Positions 17,988 to 26,990 of a stretch of 64,000 nt of DNA are shown here, in pieces. Below the pieces are notes generated by a model. That model was given only the letters and a program-made list of their open reading frames with translations, searched no databases and had not been told where the DNA came from. The DNA is taken from contig JAFGGZ010000032.1 of assembly GCA_016939415.1 (NCBI GenBank), positions 1,815 to 65,814 on the forward strand. Direction: 5' to 3'. Position 1 is the first letter of the stretch. Every line of letters starts with the position of its first letter. Made by a program: the position numbers and the translations under genes. The DNA is from Candidatus Iainarchaeum sp. (GTDB lineage: Archaea; B1Sed10-29; WALL01).

Positions 17988-20102
17988 ATGGACGCGAGCA
18001 TTTTCGGCGTGCAGTCCTTTAACCCCGTTCAGGAAGCGGCTTTTGCCACGCGCTTCATAGAGAACCGCTCCAACCTCGTTGTGGCTACGCCCACTGGCAG
18101 CGGCAAGACGATTGTTGCCATGGCTGCAGCCCTGGATGCGATCCGCAGGGGCAAGAAAGTCGTTTACACCTGTCCGTTGAAGGCTTTGGCCAGCGAGCAG
18201 CATGACACATTCAAGCGCTTGCCCGTGCGTTGCGCGCTGAGCACGGGCGACATGGATAGTTCTGACAAGTGGCTCGAGAAGTACGACCTCATCTCCACGT
18301 CGTATGAGAAGCTGGATTCACTGATGAGGCATAAGGCGCCGTGGATTGCGGATGTCGGCTTGTTGATCGTCGACGAGATCCATCTCCTGGACAGTGATCG
18401 CGGTCCGACTCTTGAGATTGTCGTTACCCGGTTCAAGTACTTGTTCCCGCGCGTTCAAGTGATTGCGTTGAGCGCTACGATCCCTAATGCCGGTGAGATA
18501 GCGAAGTGGCTTGGAGCAGAGTTGGTGTTGATGGATTGGCGGCCCACGCACTTGGCGAAGGGCACGTATGTGGATAAAACGTTGAGGACTACTGATGGCG
18601 TGATCGCCGTGTCTTCCGGGAGGAAGACGCCGGTGCAGCAGCTTGTGGATCGCACGCTCTCGAGGGAGGGTTCTGCTCTCGTGTTCTGTAATTCGCGCCG
18701 CTCTGCCGAGGCGGAGGCTGAGCGGCAGAAGCCTGTTGCTTTGCCTCACGTCGATGAGAAGAGGCTGGTAGTTCTTGCTGACAAGGTGGAGCATGCGCTG
18801 GAGGCTCCCACGCGCCAGTGCCGCAGGCTTGCGGATTGCGTGCGCGGCGGGTCGGCGTTCCACCACAGTGGGTTGGTGGGCAGGCAGCGCGAGCTCGTCG
18901 AGAGCGCGTTCAGGACGGGCTTGCTCCGCGTCATCAGCGCCACCCCAACGCTCGCGATGGGCGTGAACCTTCCTGCTGATGCTGTTATCATGGCTTCGAT
19001 GAAGCGCTACACCGAGCGGGGGTCTGTTGACATACCTGTGCGGGAGTGGCTGCAGTGTGCTGGCCGGGCTGGCCGCCCGCAGTTCGGCCGTGATGGCTTG
19101 GCGGTCATCGTTGCCAAGGACGCGGCTGAGGAGGAGCATTATTGGGAAACGTTCGTGGATACTGCAGCTGAGGATGTTCATTCGCAGTTGGGTTGGGAGC
19201 CGGTGCTCCGCACGCAGGTGCTCGCGAGCGTTGCGCTGGGTATGACCCATTCCCGGGAGCGTTTGCGAGAGTTTTTGTTGCATTCATTCCACGCGTTCCA
19301 GTATGGCGAGATTGCTTCTTTGGAAGCGAAGATCGACACGATCCTTGAGGAGCTGGTTGGCATGGGGTTTGTCGTTTTCTCAGGTAGCAAGCTCCTTCCC
19401 ACCCAGCTCGGGAAGCGGGTTTCCGAGCTGTATCTGGACCCTGTTTCTGCTTACAAGATGGTCCGCGCTTTGCGCGCTGATCTGTCAAGGATGGGTTACC
19501 TGTTTGTTTTAGCTGATACTGAGGAGTTGCGGCCGTACTTCAGGGTTGGTCGTGGGGAGGAGGAGTCGCTGTGGGTGTCGGCGTACGCCGAGGACGGGTT
19601 GGGTGTTTCAGTGGAGTCTGCGGCTTTTGAGGACTATCACTTCCTGGAGAAGTACAAGACCGCCACGCTTTTGCGTGATTGGATTGAGGAGAAGAGCGAG
19701 GATGGCATTCTCGATGATTTTGGGGTGGCGCCCGGGATCCTGCGGGCGAAGCTTCAGAACGCGGATTGGTTGGTGTACTGCGCTGAGGAGTTGTGTAAGC
19801 TTGAGGGCATCAAAAAGTTTGGGGATTTGTCTGTCGTGCGCCGCAGGCTGAAGTATGGCTGCAAGGAAGAGTTGATTCCTCTCGTGGAGCTGAAGCATGT
19901 CGGCCGCGTTCGCGCGCGGCGCTTGTTCGCTAATAACTTGCGCACGCTGCACCAGCTTCGGGACGTTCCCTTCTCTGACTTGTCGCGCATTCTCGGGCCG
20001 AAGGTGGCGGAATCTGTCAAGGCGCAGCTCGGCCAGGAAGTGAGCGCTGTGAATCGCGTTGTTGCGGGGGTTGCGCCGCAGACGAGCCTGAGTGACTTCT
20101 AA
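17988..20102 (+). CDS. hel308: Ski2-like DNA helicase Hel308/Hjm
   Basis: TPTGSGKT, DEIH, LSAT, TPTLAMGVNLPA, GRAGRP, C-terminal HhH VGRVRARRL. Confidence 0.93.
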   Translation: MDASIFGVQSFNPVQEAAFATRFIENRSNLVVATPTGSGKTIVAMAAALDAIRRGKKVVYTCPLKALASEQHDTFKRLPVRCALSTGDMDSSDKWLEKYDLISTSYEKLDSLMRHKAPWIADVGLLIVDEIHLLDSDRGPTLEIVVTRFKYLFPRVQVIALSATIPNAGEIAKWLGAELVLMDWRPTHLAKGTYVDKTLRTTDGVIAVSSGRKTPVQQLVDRTLSREGSALVFCNSRRSAEAEAERQKPVALPHVDEKRLVVLADKVEHALEAPTRQCRRLADCVRGGSAFHHSGLVGRQRELVESAFRTGLLRVISATPTLAMGVNLPADAVIMASMKRYTERGSVDIPVREWLQCAGRAGRPQFGRDGLAVIVAKDAAEEEHYWETFVDTAAEDVHSQLGWEPVLRTQVLASVALGMTHSRERLREFLLHSFHAFQYGEIASLEAKIDTILEELVGMGFVVFSGSKLLPTQLGKRVSELYLDPVSAYKMVRALRADLSRMGYLFVLADTEELRPYFRVGRGEEESLWVSAYAEDGLGVSVESAAFEDYHFLEKYKTATLLRDWIEEKSEDGILDDFGVAPGILRAKLQNADWLVYCAEELCKLEGIKKFGDLSVVRRRLKYGCKEELIPLVELKHVGRVRARRLFANNLRTLHQLRDVPFSDLSRILGPKVAESVKAQLGQEVSAVNRVVAGVAPQTSLSDF

Positions 20103-20146
20103 TGATTATATACCACCTCGTTCCCTATGTCTTGCAGGTGTGCTTT

Positions 20147-20659
20147 ATGCCGAAAGTGCTTATGGTTGTTGCCCGTGACGGCTTCAGGGACGAGGAGCTT
20201 TTCAAGACGCGTGAGGAATTGGAGGCTGCTGGCCACGAGGTTGTCGTCGCGTCTGATGCAGTCGGTTTGTGCAAAGGCAAGCTCGGCGGCTCTGTTCGTG
20301 CAGAGCTGGCTTTGTGCGATGCTAAGGAGAAGGACTTTGATGCGTTGGTTTTTGTTGGGGGTCCCGGCGCTGCCGGGTTTTTCGATGATGATGTTGCCCA
20401 TGGCTTGGCGAAGGATTTTTTCCGGGCTGAGAAGCCGGTGGCGGCGATATGCATCGCGCCGTGCATTCTCGCTCGTGCGGGTTTGTTGCGCGGTAGGAAC
20501 GCGACCGTGTGGTCTGGCCCTGAGTATGTCCGCATCCTGAAGGAGGAGGGGGCGAAGTATACGGGGAAGGATGTTGAGGTTGCAAGCAACATGATTACTG
20601 CGAGCGGCCCGCATGCCGCGCGGGATTTCGGAAAGGCGGTAGCGAAGAGGTTGGGGTGA
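20147..20659 (+). CDS. DJ-1/PfpI family protein
   Basis: GFRDEE, VGGPG, AAICIAP, ITASGP. Confidence 0.92.
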   Translation: MPKVLMVVARDGFRDEELFKTREELEAAGHEVVVASDAVGLCKGKLGGSVRAELALCDAKEKDFDALVFVGGPGAAGFFDDDVAHGLAKDFFRAEKPVAAICIAPCILARAGLLRGRNATVWSGPEYVRILKEEGAKYTGKDVEVASNMITASGPHAARDFGKAVAKRLG

Positions 20660-20663
20660 TCGG

Positions 20664-21074
20664 ATGGCTGGTCCTGAAGAGGCTTACAGGGAATTGGTTG
20701 CGAAGGAGGCTGGGAAGAAGAAGCCGTCGCGCCCGCAGTTCGGCTGGACGACTTTCGGCATGGTCAAGTTCGGTGATGAGACTTTTTCGCATGACGTGGT
20801 TGTTTCGACTGCTGGAGAGGTTTACGCGCGCCGCACTGATGATTCACACCTTCTTGACAGCAAGGAGCTTGATGCTAGCGTGGATGCGAACACCAGGGTG
20901 GTTGTGTTCGGCACGGGTCAGTACGATGTGGCGAAAGTATCCGGGGATGCGAAGACGTGGGCGCGGAAGAACAAGATCGAGGTTGTTGCCTTGCCGACGC
21001 CGCAGGCTATTGAGGATTACAACAAGCGCAAGAAGAAGGATCAGGTCACTGCAATCATTCACGTAACGTGTTGA
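20664..21074 (+). CDS. MTH938/NDUFAF3 family protein
   Basis: VVFGTGQY, PTPQAIEDYN, terminal IHVTC. Confidence 0.88.
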   Translation: MAGPEEAYRELVAKEAGKKKPSRPQFGWTTFGMVKFGDETFSHDVVVSTAGEVYARRTDDSHLLDSKELDASVDANTRVVVFGTGQYDVAKVSGDAKTWARKNKIEVVALPTPQAIEDYNKRKKKDQVTAIIHVTC

Positions 21075-21132
21075 GCAGCGCTTTCTGCGGGCACTTGCTT
21101 AGTTTTAATAGCCCCGCCTCCATAATTTATGC

Positions 21133-24100
21133 GTGCCACCCAAGATCGTGATTGAAGCGGAGAGAGCGTATTCGAAGCTGCGCGGGAGAAAGACGTTCCC
21201 GGCGCTGCACGCAGCCATGGGTCTTGGGTCGAAGAAGGAGAAGGTGGCGCTTCTCTTAAGTATGCAGACCCACGCCCCTGACTTGTATGCGGCGGTGGGC
21301 GGGAAAACCCTTCGCTTCGGCTTGGAGCGCGGCATGTCTGTGGCCCGAATCGGGGAATTGTTCGGCTATCATGGATTGGCCGGGGCGAGTCTCAGGCACG
21401 TGCACATCATCGCCCAGAAGCGGATGGCGGGGATCGTGGCAGGAGACGCGGGGCTCATCAAGCTTGTGAGGGGCACTCAGGAGGGGCTCTTGAAGTATTC
21501 TCTTCTCCCGGAAGCCGAGTTCACGAAAGACGTCAACAGGGTTGTGTCGGACCAGCTCAAGGATCAGTCGCTTTCCTTGGCCAATGTCGCTGGGGCGCTT
21601 GGTTTTTCTCTCTCAATGCGGAAGGGCAGGCGCCCCAAGGTGCCGGCGAAAGCATCCGGGCGAATCCTGGGTGCTCTGTATCCCGCGGTTCGGCAGAGGG
21701 TTCACGATTCATTGTCGCGGGACGTGGTTGCGTATGCTTCTTTTTTCGGCAAGGAAGCCAAGAATCAGTTGGTGGTTTCTGTTGTCCGCAAGTTGCTTGA
21801 TGAGAACAGGCTGTCTTTGAGGAGCGTCGCTGCTGAGTTGGGTTATCGTTCTGGCGCGCGTGGCGGGCAGCAGATTGCTTCCACGCATGTGCGCGGCGTT
21901 GTCCTCCAGGCGCTCGGTGAAGAGGATCCCGGGTTTCTCGGCGAGATAAAGAAACAGAGGAACAGGAGTTACGATGATTTCCTGGAGTTTTTCGGGAGCG
22001 AGCCAGCCCAGGAACTGCTTGTGGGGTATGTCGTCGCTGGCTTGAAGCAAAGCAAGCGTTTTGATATAGACAGTGCTTTGCGTCGTTTTGGTGTGGGGGA
22101 GGTTTCTCGGGGGAGGATGCAGTCGATCAAGAGGTACGTGCGGAGGTTCGACAAGAAGTATGGTTCTGATGTGTTCGGCATGATGAAGCAGGCTGCCGAG
22201 AATTCGCATCGGTTCTATTCCAAGATGTACGGCAGCGATGCCTTGCGGAACGCTATCAAGGCTGATGTGTGGGGAGCTGTTCAAGGTCGTCGCGAATTCA
22301 GCATCAGAAAGATTGCCGATAAGTGGGGTTATGGCGGGAGTGTGTGCGCACGGTTTCTGCAGCCGCTCTTGGAACGGGATGCCGGTTTGAAGGGTGTGTA
22401 CGAGGGGCGGCTCAGGAAAGAGATAACCGCGCTCTTTGCGGGGGAGCGCAACCCGTCCATGCGCGAGGTTCTTGAAGCAGTCGGGTTGAATCCTGATGGC
22501 GGGGAGTACGTCCGTTCTGTTGTCAGCGGTGATGAGGCTTTATTGGCGAGGGTTGCCGGCAGGAAGCACGATCCAAAGTCGTACACGGATTTCTTCGGTG
22601 AGGGCAGGGTTCACGAATTCATCGCTGGCAGGCTACGTGCGTTAGTTGCTTCCGGCAGGGTGATCACTCCTACTGCTGTTGGTCGGGCTATCGGTCGGAG
22701 GGATCCGAGTTCTCCGCTGGTTTCCCAGCAGCTGCGCCGCGCGCTCGCTCACCAGCCGGATGTCGAGAGGATGTTCAGGGAGAGGCTCATGCAGCAGGGG
22801 GTCAGGGATTTCGCCAGGTTTTACGGCGATGCGGGTGTGGAGCAACTCATTGTAGCGCGGGCGGATGCTTTGAGCAAGGATTTGCGGTTGACTATGGAGG
22901 ATCTTGCTCATGATCTCGGTTACGCTCTTCACGGGGGGAGGTACGTCCCGAAGTCGATCCGCACCACGATACTCCGCGCGCTTGAGAAAGCGGGGAGGGA
23001 TGATTTGTTGCGTGGCGTTGCCGGAAGTGGGTTGGGTGCTGGGGAGCTGTTGGACAGGTACGTGAGCGACATTCAGAACACTGGCTGGGTCAGGCCGAAG
23101 ACAAAGGAGCAGATCGCCAGGAGCTATCCGGGAGGCTTCCCCGAATTCGTGGAGAAAGAGGTTTTCGAGCATGGCGAGCGGTTCCCTCCGCACACGATCC
23201 AGTGCATCCTGAGGGGTTTTTTCGCTGATCTCAAAAAGAATCCCGACCGCTATGCTGAGTACATCAAGAGGTTTTCTGGTGGGGAGGAGTCCCTCGCCCG
23301 CCTTCAGCACGCCTTCAGTGATTTCATTTGTTCGGGCGTGGCTTCGCACGAGGTCGTGAAGATACTGGGTGGGATGGTGAAGAACGGCGAGGTCGATGGT
23401 TACAGCGATGTTAAGCAGTTCAAGCGCGCGATCGATTTCTGCACTGGTCACAACATGTTCACGAAGGCGTTGCTTCACGAAACAGGGTATGTACCTAGGA
23501 CCCTGGCGTTGGATCATAATCCCCATATGCTTGAGAGGGGGATGAAGGACGAGCGGGTCGAGAACCGATTGGCTGATGTCGAGGAGTTGAGTGGTTTGAG
23601 TCCGGAGAATGACTTGGCGTCAATCGGCTTCGGGTTGGAGCACTTGGTTGACAGGAAGCGCCTGATGGAGAATGCCCATCGTTCTCTGAAGCGCGGCGGG
23701 GTGTTTGTTGCTTATGGTTCCGAGCCGTTTTCCGAGCAGTTTGTTGACGGTGCTCGTGAGATGGGTTTCAGGATTTTGAAGACGGGGATGATACGCACCC
23801 GTCTCAATTGGGAAAGCTCCCGCAACGTGAGCAGCGTTTTCGATCCTGACACCGCGAAACGCATAAAGCAGAGGTTTGTGAAGCGGGCGCATTTGCTGAT
23901 CCCCCAGAAGGTCACTGACGCGCCCAAGCCTTCTGGAGAGCGTTTCCTGCTTACTCATTACCCGCAGGAACCTGCTACAAGGCGTCCGCCGCCCTCGCCA
24001 GCCATGCAAATCCTGCCGGGTGATGTCCGCGACCTGGACATGAAAACGACGTCGGTACTTAAGGAAGTGTCTCCTGTTTCTCGTCGTGGGGATGTGGAGC

Positions 24101-24498
24101 ACGTGCGGGAGGTTCTCAGGATGGTGATACGGATGAGCGAGGCGGGCGTGTGGTACAAGGGCGAGCAGGTGAACGAGCTCATCTCGAGAATCCCCAGCGA
24201 CTGCGTGCATGAGTTCACCGGCCTTATCGGCAGGTGGAGGAGCGTGGAGGAGCGGCGCTACGGTGTGAGTCCTGCGCTGGTTGCGGCGCTCGCTGGCGTG
24301 GGGGTCGATCCGCATGTCTTCACCAGAGGGGTTAGGGAGGCGCTGAGGGAGAGCGAGACCATGACCGAGGACGGGTTCCTGGGTGCTGTTGCCGAGCGGA
24401 CGGGCGTGCGCGACAGGGATGTCTTGCTGAGGGCGTTAAGGGCCAGCGGCTACTCGCGCAGTTATTATGCCCGGGCGAAGCGGAAGTACGGGTTTTAG
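21133..24498 (+). CDS. Large orphan: tandem HTH-like repeats plus class I SAM-dependent methyltransferase domain
   Basis: Repeats YxxFFG...SxxxVAxxLG(Y); MTase motifs AIDFCTG, ALDHNPHML, ADVE, GLEHL, RSLKRGGVF. Confidence 0.75.
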   Translation: MPPKIVIEAERAYSKLRGRKTFPALHAAMGLGSKKEKVALLLSMQTHAPDLYAAVGGKTLRFGLERGMSVARIGELFGYHGLAGASLRHVHIIAQKRMAGIVAGDAGLIKLVRGTQEGLLKYSLLPEAEFTKDVNRVVSDQLKDQSLSLANVAGALGFSLSMRKGRRPKVPAKASGRILGALYPAVRQRVHDSLSRDVVAYASFFGKEAKNQLVVSVVRKLLDENRLSLRSVAAELGYRSGARGGQQIASTHVRGVVLQALGEEDPGFLGEIKKQRNRSYDDFLEFFGSEPAQELLVGYVVAGLKQSKRFDIDSALRRFGVGEVSRGRMQSIKRYVRRFDKKYGSDVFGMMKQAAENSHRFYSKMYGSDALRNAIKADVWGAVQGRREFSIRKIADKWGYGGSVCARFLQPLLERDAGLKGVYEGRLRKEITALFAGERNPSMREVLEAVGLNPDGGEYVRSVVSGDEALLARVAGRKHDPKSYTDFFGEGRVHEFIAGRLRALVASGRVITPTAVGRAIGRRDPSSPLVSQQLRRALAHQPDVERMFRERLMQQGVRDFARFYGDAGVEQLIVARADALSKDLRLTMEDLAHDLGYALHGGRYVPKSIRTTILRALEKAGRDDLLRGVAGSGLGAGELLDRYVSDIQNTGWVRPKTKEQIARSYPGGFPEFVEKEVFEHGERFPPHTIQCILRGFFADLKKNPDRYAEYIKRFSGGEESLARLQHAFSDFICSGVASHEVVKILGGMVKNGEVDGYSDVKQFKRAIDFCTGHNMFTKALLHETGYVPRTLALDHNPHMLERGMKDERVENRLADVEELSGLSPENDLASIGFGLEHLVDRKRLMENAHRSLKRGGVFVAYGSEPFSEQFVDGAREMGFRILKTGMIRTRLNWESSRNVSSVFDPDTAKRIKQRFVKRAHLLIPQKVTDAPKPSGERFLLTHYPQEPATRRPPPSPAMQILPGDVRDLDMKTTSVLKEVSPVSRRGDVEHVREVLRMVIRMSEAGVWYKGEQVNELISRIPSDCVHEFTGLIGRWRSVEERRYGVSPALVAALAGVGVDPHVFTRGVREALRESETMTEDGFLGAVAERTGVRDRDVLLRALRASGYSRSYYARAKRKYGF

Positions 24499-24501
24499 TG
24501 T

Positions 24502-25701
24502 TCACTCAGCGAACCGCTTCTGGACTGCTGACAGGACTTTTTCCGCTGGGAACGATAGTCTGATCAGCCGAGTCTGCCCGCGGATGCCCTTGCCGGACAG
24601 TTCTGTTGTTATGAGTCCCAGCATCTCGAGTTCGTTCAGGTACTCCCTCACCCAGCGGGCGCTGCGCGCGTTCCTGTGCCATTGCTTGCAGACGGTCTGG
24701 TAGCGCTGGTACACTTCCCCGCTGAATAGTGCGGGGTCGTTGCCCCCTCCGCCGAGCCGCTGGTATTTGCCGCCTTCTTCTGTGAGCGTTGCGACCGAGA
24801 ACAGGACAATGCTCTGCTGGTCAGGGAGTGTTTGTATGAGTTCCAGCACGATGTCTTCTTCGACTGCGTTCCTTGCGTTCTTGACGTCCTCGTCCGTGAC
24901 TCTCTTGTTCTGTTCGTCGGCTATCTCTCCCGCTTTCAGCAATAGTTTCAGCGCGTACCTGGCGTCCCCGCTTTCCTGTGCTGCGTAGGCGCTGGCCAGC
25001 GCTATCGCGGAGTCTTCCACATACCCTTCCTTGAAGCCTTCGACTGTGCGCTCCTTGAGTATGGCTTGCAGTTGCTCTGCGTTGTAGGGTGCGAACACCA
25101 TTTCTTCCTGGCAGAGCGTGCTCTTGCTGCGCGGGTCGAGTTTTTCCTTGAAGTCAATCTTGTTGGATATTCCTATGAGCGCTATGTGTCCTTGCAGGAG
25201 GTCGTCGTTGCTGCGGGTGAGGGAGTACATCAGCTCGTCCAGGTCTTTTGTCTTGTCTATCTCGTCCAGGACGACTATGAATGTCACTGCCTTCTTCGCT
25301 ACTTCTTTCAGCAGTCTTTCGTAGAGGAATGTCGCGGGGTGGCCCATGAACGATTCTTCTGGGCAGAGGCGTTCCGCGCACTTGAGCAGGACTTGGTACT
25401 TCGTGTTGTGGATGCGGCAGTTGATGTACACCTGTTCCACCGGCGCTTCGTATTTTTGCGCTGCTTCCCCCAGCCTGGAGAGCACGTGTTTGGTGGATGA
25501 GGTCTTTCCCGTGCCAGTCTTTCCGTAGACGAATATGTTGTTAGGCCTTTTTTGCGAGAGGGATGGCGCTATCGCTTTCATTATCCGGGTTATCTCCCCG
25601 TCCCTGTACGGCAGGTGGTCGGGTATGTAGTGGGGGGATAGGACGTTCCTGTCCTTGAATATGGTCGGCCTGCTCATCTCTTGCTCGAAAATATCTTGCA
25701 T
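24502..25701 (-). CDS. cdc6: Orc1/Cdc6 replication initiator
   Basis: YIPDHLPYR, GKTGTGKT, YINC, VLDEID, GDARYAL, C-terminal wHTH. Confidence 0.96.
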   Translation of the reverse strand: MQDIFEQEMSRPTIFKDRNVLSPHYIPDHLPYRDGEITRIMKAIAPSLSQKRPNNIFVYGKTGTGKTSSTKHVLSRLGEAAQKYEAPVEQVYINCRIHNTKYQVLLKCAERLCPEESFMGHPATFLYERLLKEVAKKAVTFIVVLDEIDKTKDLDELMYSLTRSNDDLLQGHIALIGISNKIDFKEKLDPRSKSTLCQEEMVFAPYNAEQLQAILKERTVEGFKEGYVEDSAIALASAYAAQESGDARYALKLLLKAGEIADEQNKRVTDEDVKNARNAVEEDIVLELIQTLPDQQSIVLFSVATLTEEGGKYQRLGGGGNDPALFSGEVYQRYQTVCKQWHRNARSARWVREYLNELEMLGLITTELSGKGIRGQTRLIRLSFPAEKVLSAVQKRFAE

Positions 25702-25807
25702 GAATCCACCGCAAGGGTTTAATAAAAGTACTCTCATAAGTATGGGTGCTGTTAGACTTCTACTATTGATGACAATGGTACTTAAAATATGTTGAGGAGG
25801 ACAAAGC

Positions 25808-26176
25808 ATGGTAGGGTTTTTGAAGAACATCTCTAAGCGCTTGGGAAGCACTTCAGAGGAAGCGGATGTCGATGAATACTTGGACACACTAGGGCTCGAG
25901 TCTGATTTCCTTCAGGAGGAAGCAGACGTTTGGGTGAAGCCTTACGTGCTGCAGGATGTCTCTGATGATTCAGCGATCATCGCCGACTTGCACGCTGGTA
26001 ACGTGGTGCTGATAAACATTGAGCCGCTGTACAAGCGGAACACCATCAAGCTGAAGCAAGTCATAAGCGAGCTCAAGAGCGCCGTGAAGAAGCTCGACGG
26101 CGACATGGTGCGCCTTACGGAGTACAAGATCCTTGTTACGCCGAAGGGCATGAAGGTCGCTAAGTCGAGAAAGTGA
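25808..26176 (+). CDS. sepF: Cell division protein SepF
   Basis: Amphipathic N-terminus MVGFLKNI; GNVVLINIEPL, LDGDM, ILVTPKGMKV; GAGGAGG SD. Confidence 0.9.
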   Translation: MVGFLKNISKRLGSTSEEADVDEYLDTLGLESDFLQEEADVWVKPYVLQDVSDDSAIIADLHAGNVVLINIEPLYKRNTIKLKQVISELKSAVKKLDGDMVRLTEYKILVTPKGMKVAKSRK

Positions 26177-26183
26177 ATGACGC

Positions 26184-26954
26184 ATGCTCTTGGACGCGCC
26201 CGCTTTGAGGCTGCAGGTCGATACGAACACTGCTCTCGGTATTCTCGAGGGCATCCTCAAGGAGCGGCACTGGAAGCAGTTCAATGTGTCCAGTGCCACC
26301 CTTGTATACACGCCTTTCTGGTTCTTCAACTTTGACGTGTACGAGGAGGCTGAGGGTCGCGCTCAGACATACTCCTCTCAGATGTGCATGAATGGTTTAA
26401 CTGGTGCGCTGGAGCCTGTCTTCATAGAGATTATGAAGGAGATACCGACTGTTGAAGAGAAGGAGATAACTCACAGCATCCAGAACGAGATCAAGCGGCT
26501 CGTTATCCAGAAGGATGAGGTGAAGTCCCTCGCTCAGATAAAGATCGCTGGCCAGATGGGCGTTCAGAAGGACATCATTACTGTGAGCGGCGTTCGCCTG
26601 GTTTACATGCCCCTCTGGGTTTTTTGGGTCGAGGTCGGCCGCAGGACGAAACGCATCGACATGGATGCGATCAGCGGGTCGCCGCTGAACATCCAGGATG
26701 TCCCCACGCGGGAACGCGGCACAATGGAAGTCACCATGGACATGCTCGAAGACTTGAAGCGGCCTGAGAACTGGGTTGACTATTCGAAGCGCGCTTTTGA
26801 CTGGAGCTTGGGTATCGCCGGGCTTGCCGGCCGCGCCGCAGGCTCTGGGGGCGGAGGCGTGATCAACTGGGTCATGACCACGACGATGGGTAAGTACGCA
26901 GCGCTCCTCGTCTTTGCTGCCATACTCGTGATTTACATCTTATCCTTCAAGTGA
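26184..26954 (+). CDS. Hypothetical protein with internal duplication and C-terminal TM helix
   Basis: Two LVYxP(F/L)W units; 7 bp after sepF. Confidence 0.75.
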   Translation: MLLDAPALRLQVDTNTALGILEGILKERHWKQFNVSSATLVYTPFWFFNFDVYEEAEGRAQTYSSQMCMNGLTGALEPVFIEIMKEIPTVEEKEITHSIQNEIKRLVIQKDEVKSLAQIKIAGQMGVQKDIITVSGVRLVYMPLWVFWVEVGRRTKRIDMDAISGSPLNIQDVPTRERGTMEVTMDMLEDLKRPENWVDYSKRAFDWSLGIAGLAGRAAGSGGGGVINWVMTTTMGKYAALLVFAAILVIYILSFK

Positions 26955-26990
26955 GCTTCGTATTGGGATAGAACCGGATCTGCGTCCGGG

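Noticed and set aside
21133-24498. Restriction-modification methyltransferase
   Set aside because: No NPPY/DPPY or PC motif and no nuclease or specificity gene nearby
25702-25807. oriC next to cdc6
   Set aside because: Only 106 bp with no ORB-like repeats; explained by divergent promoters
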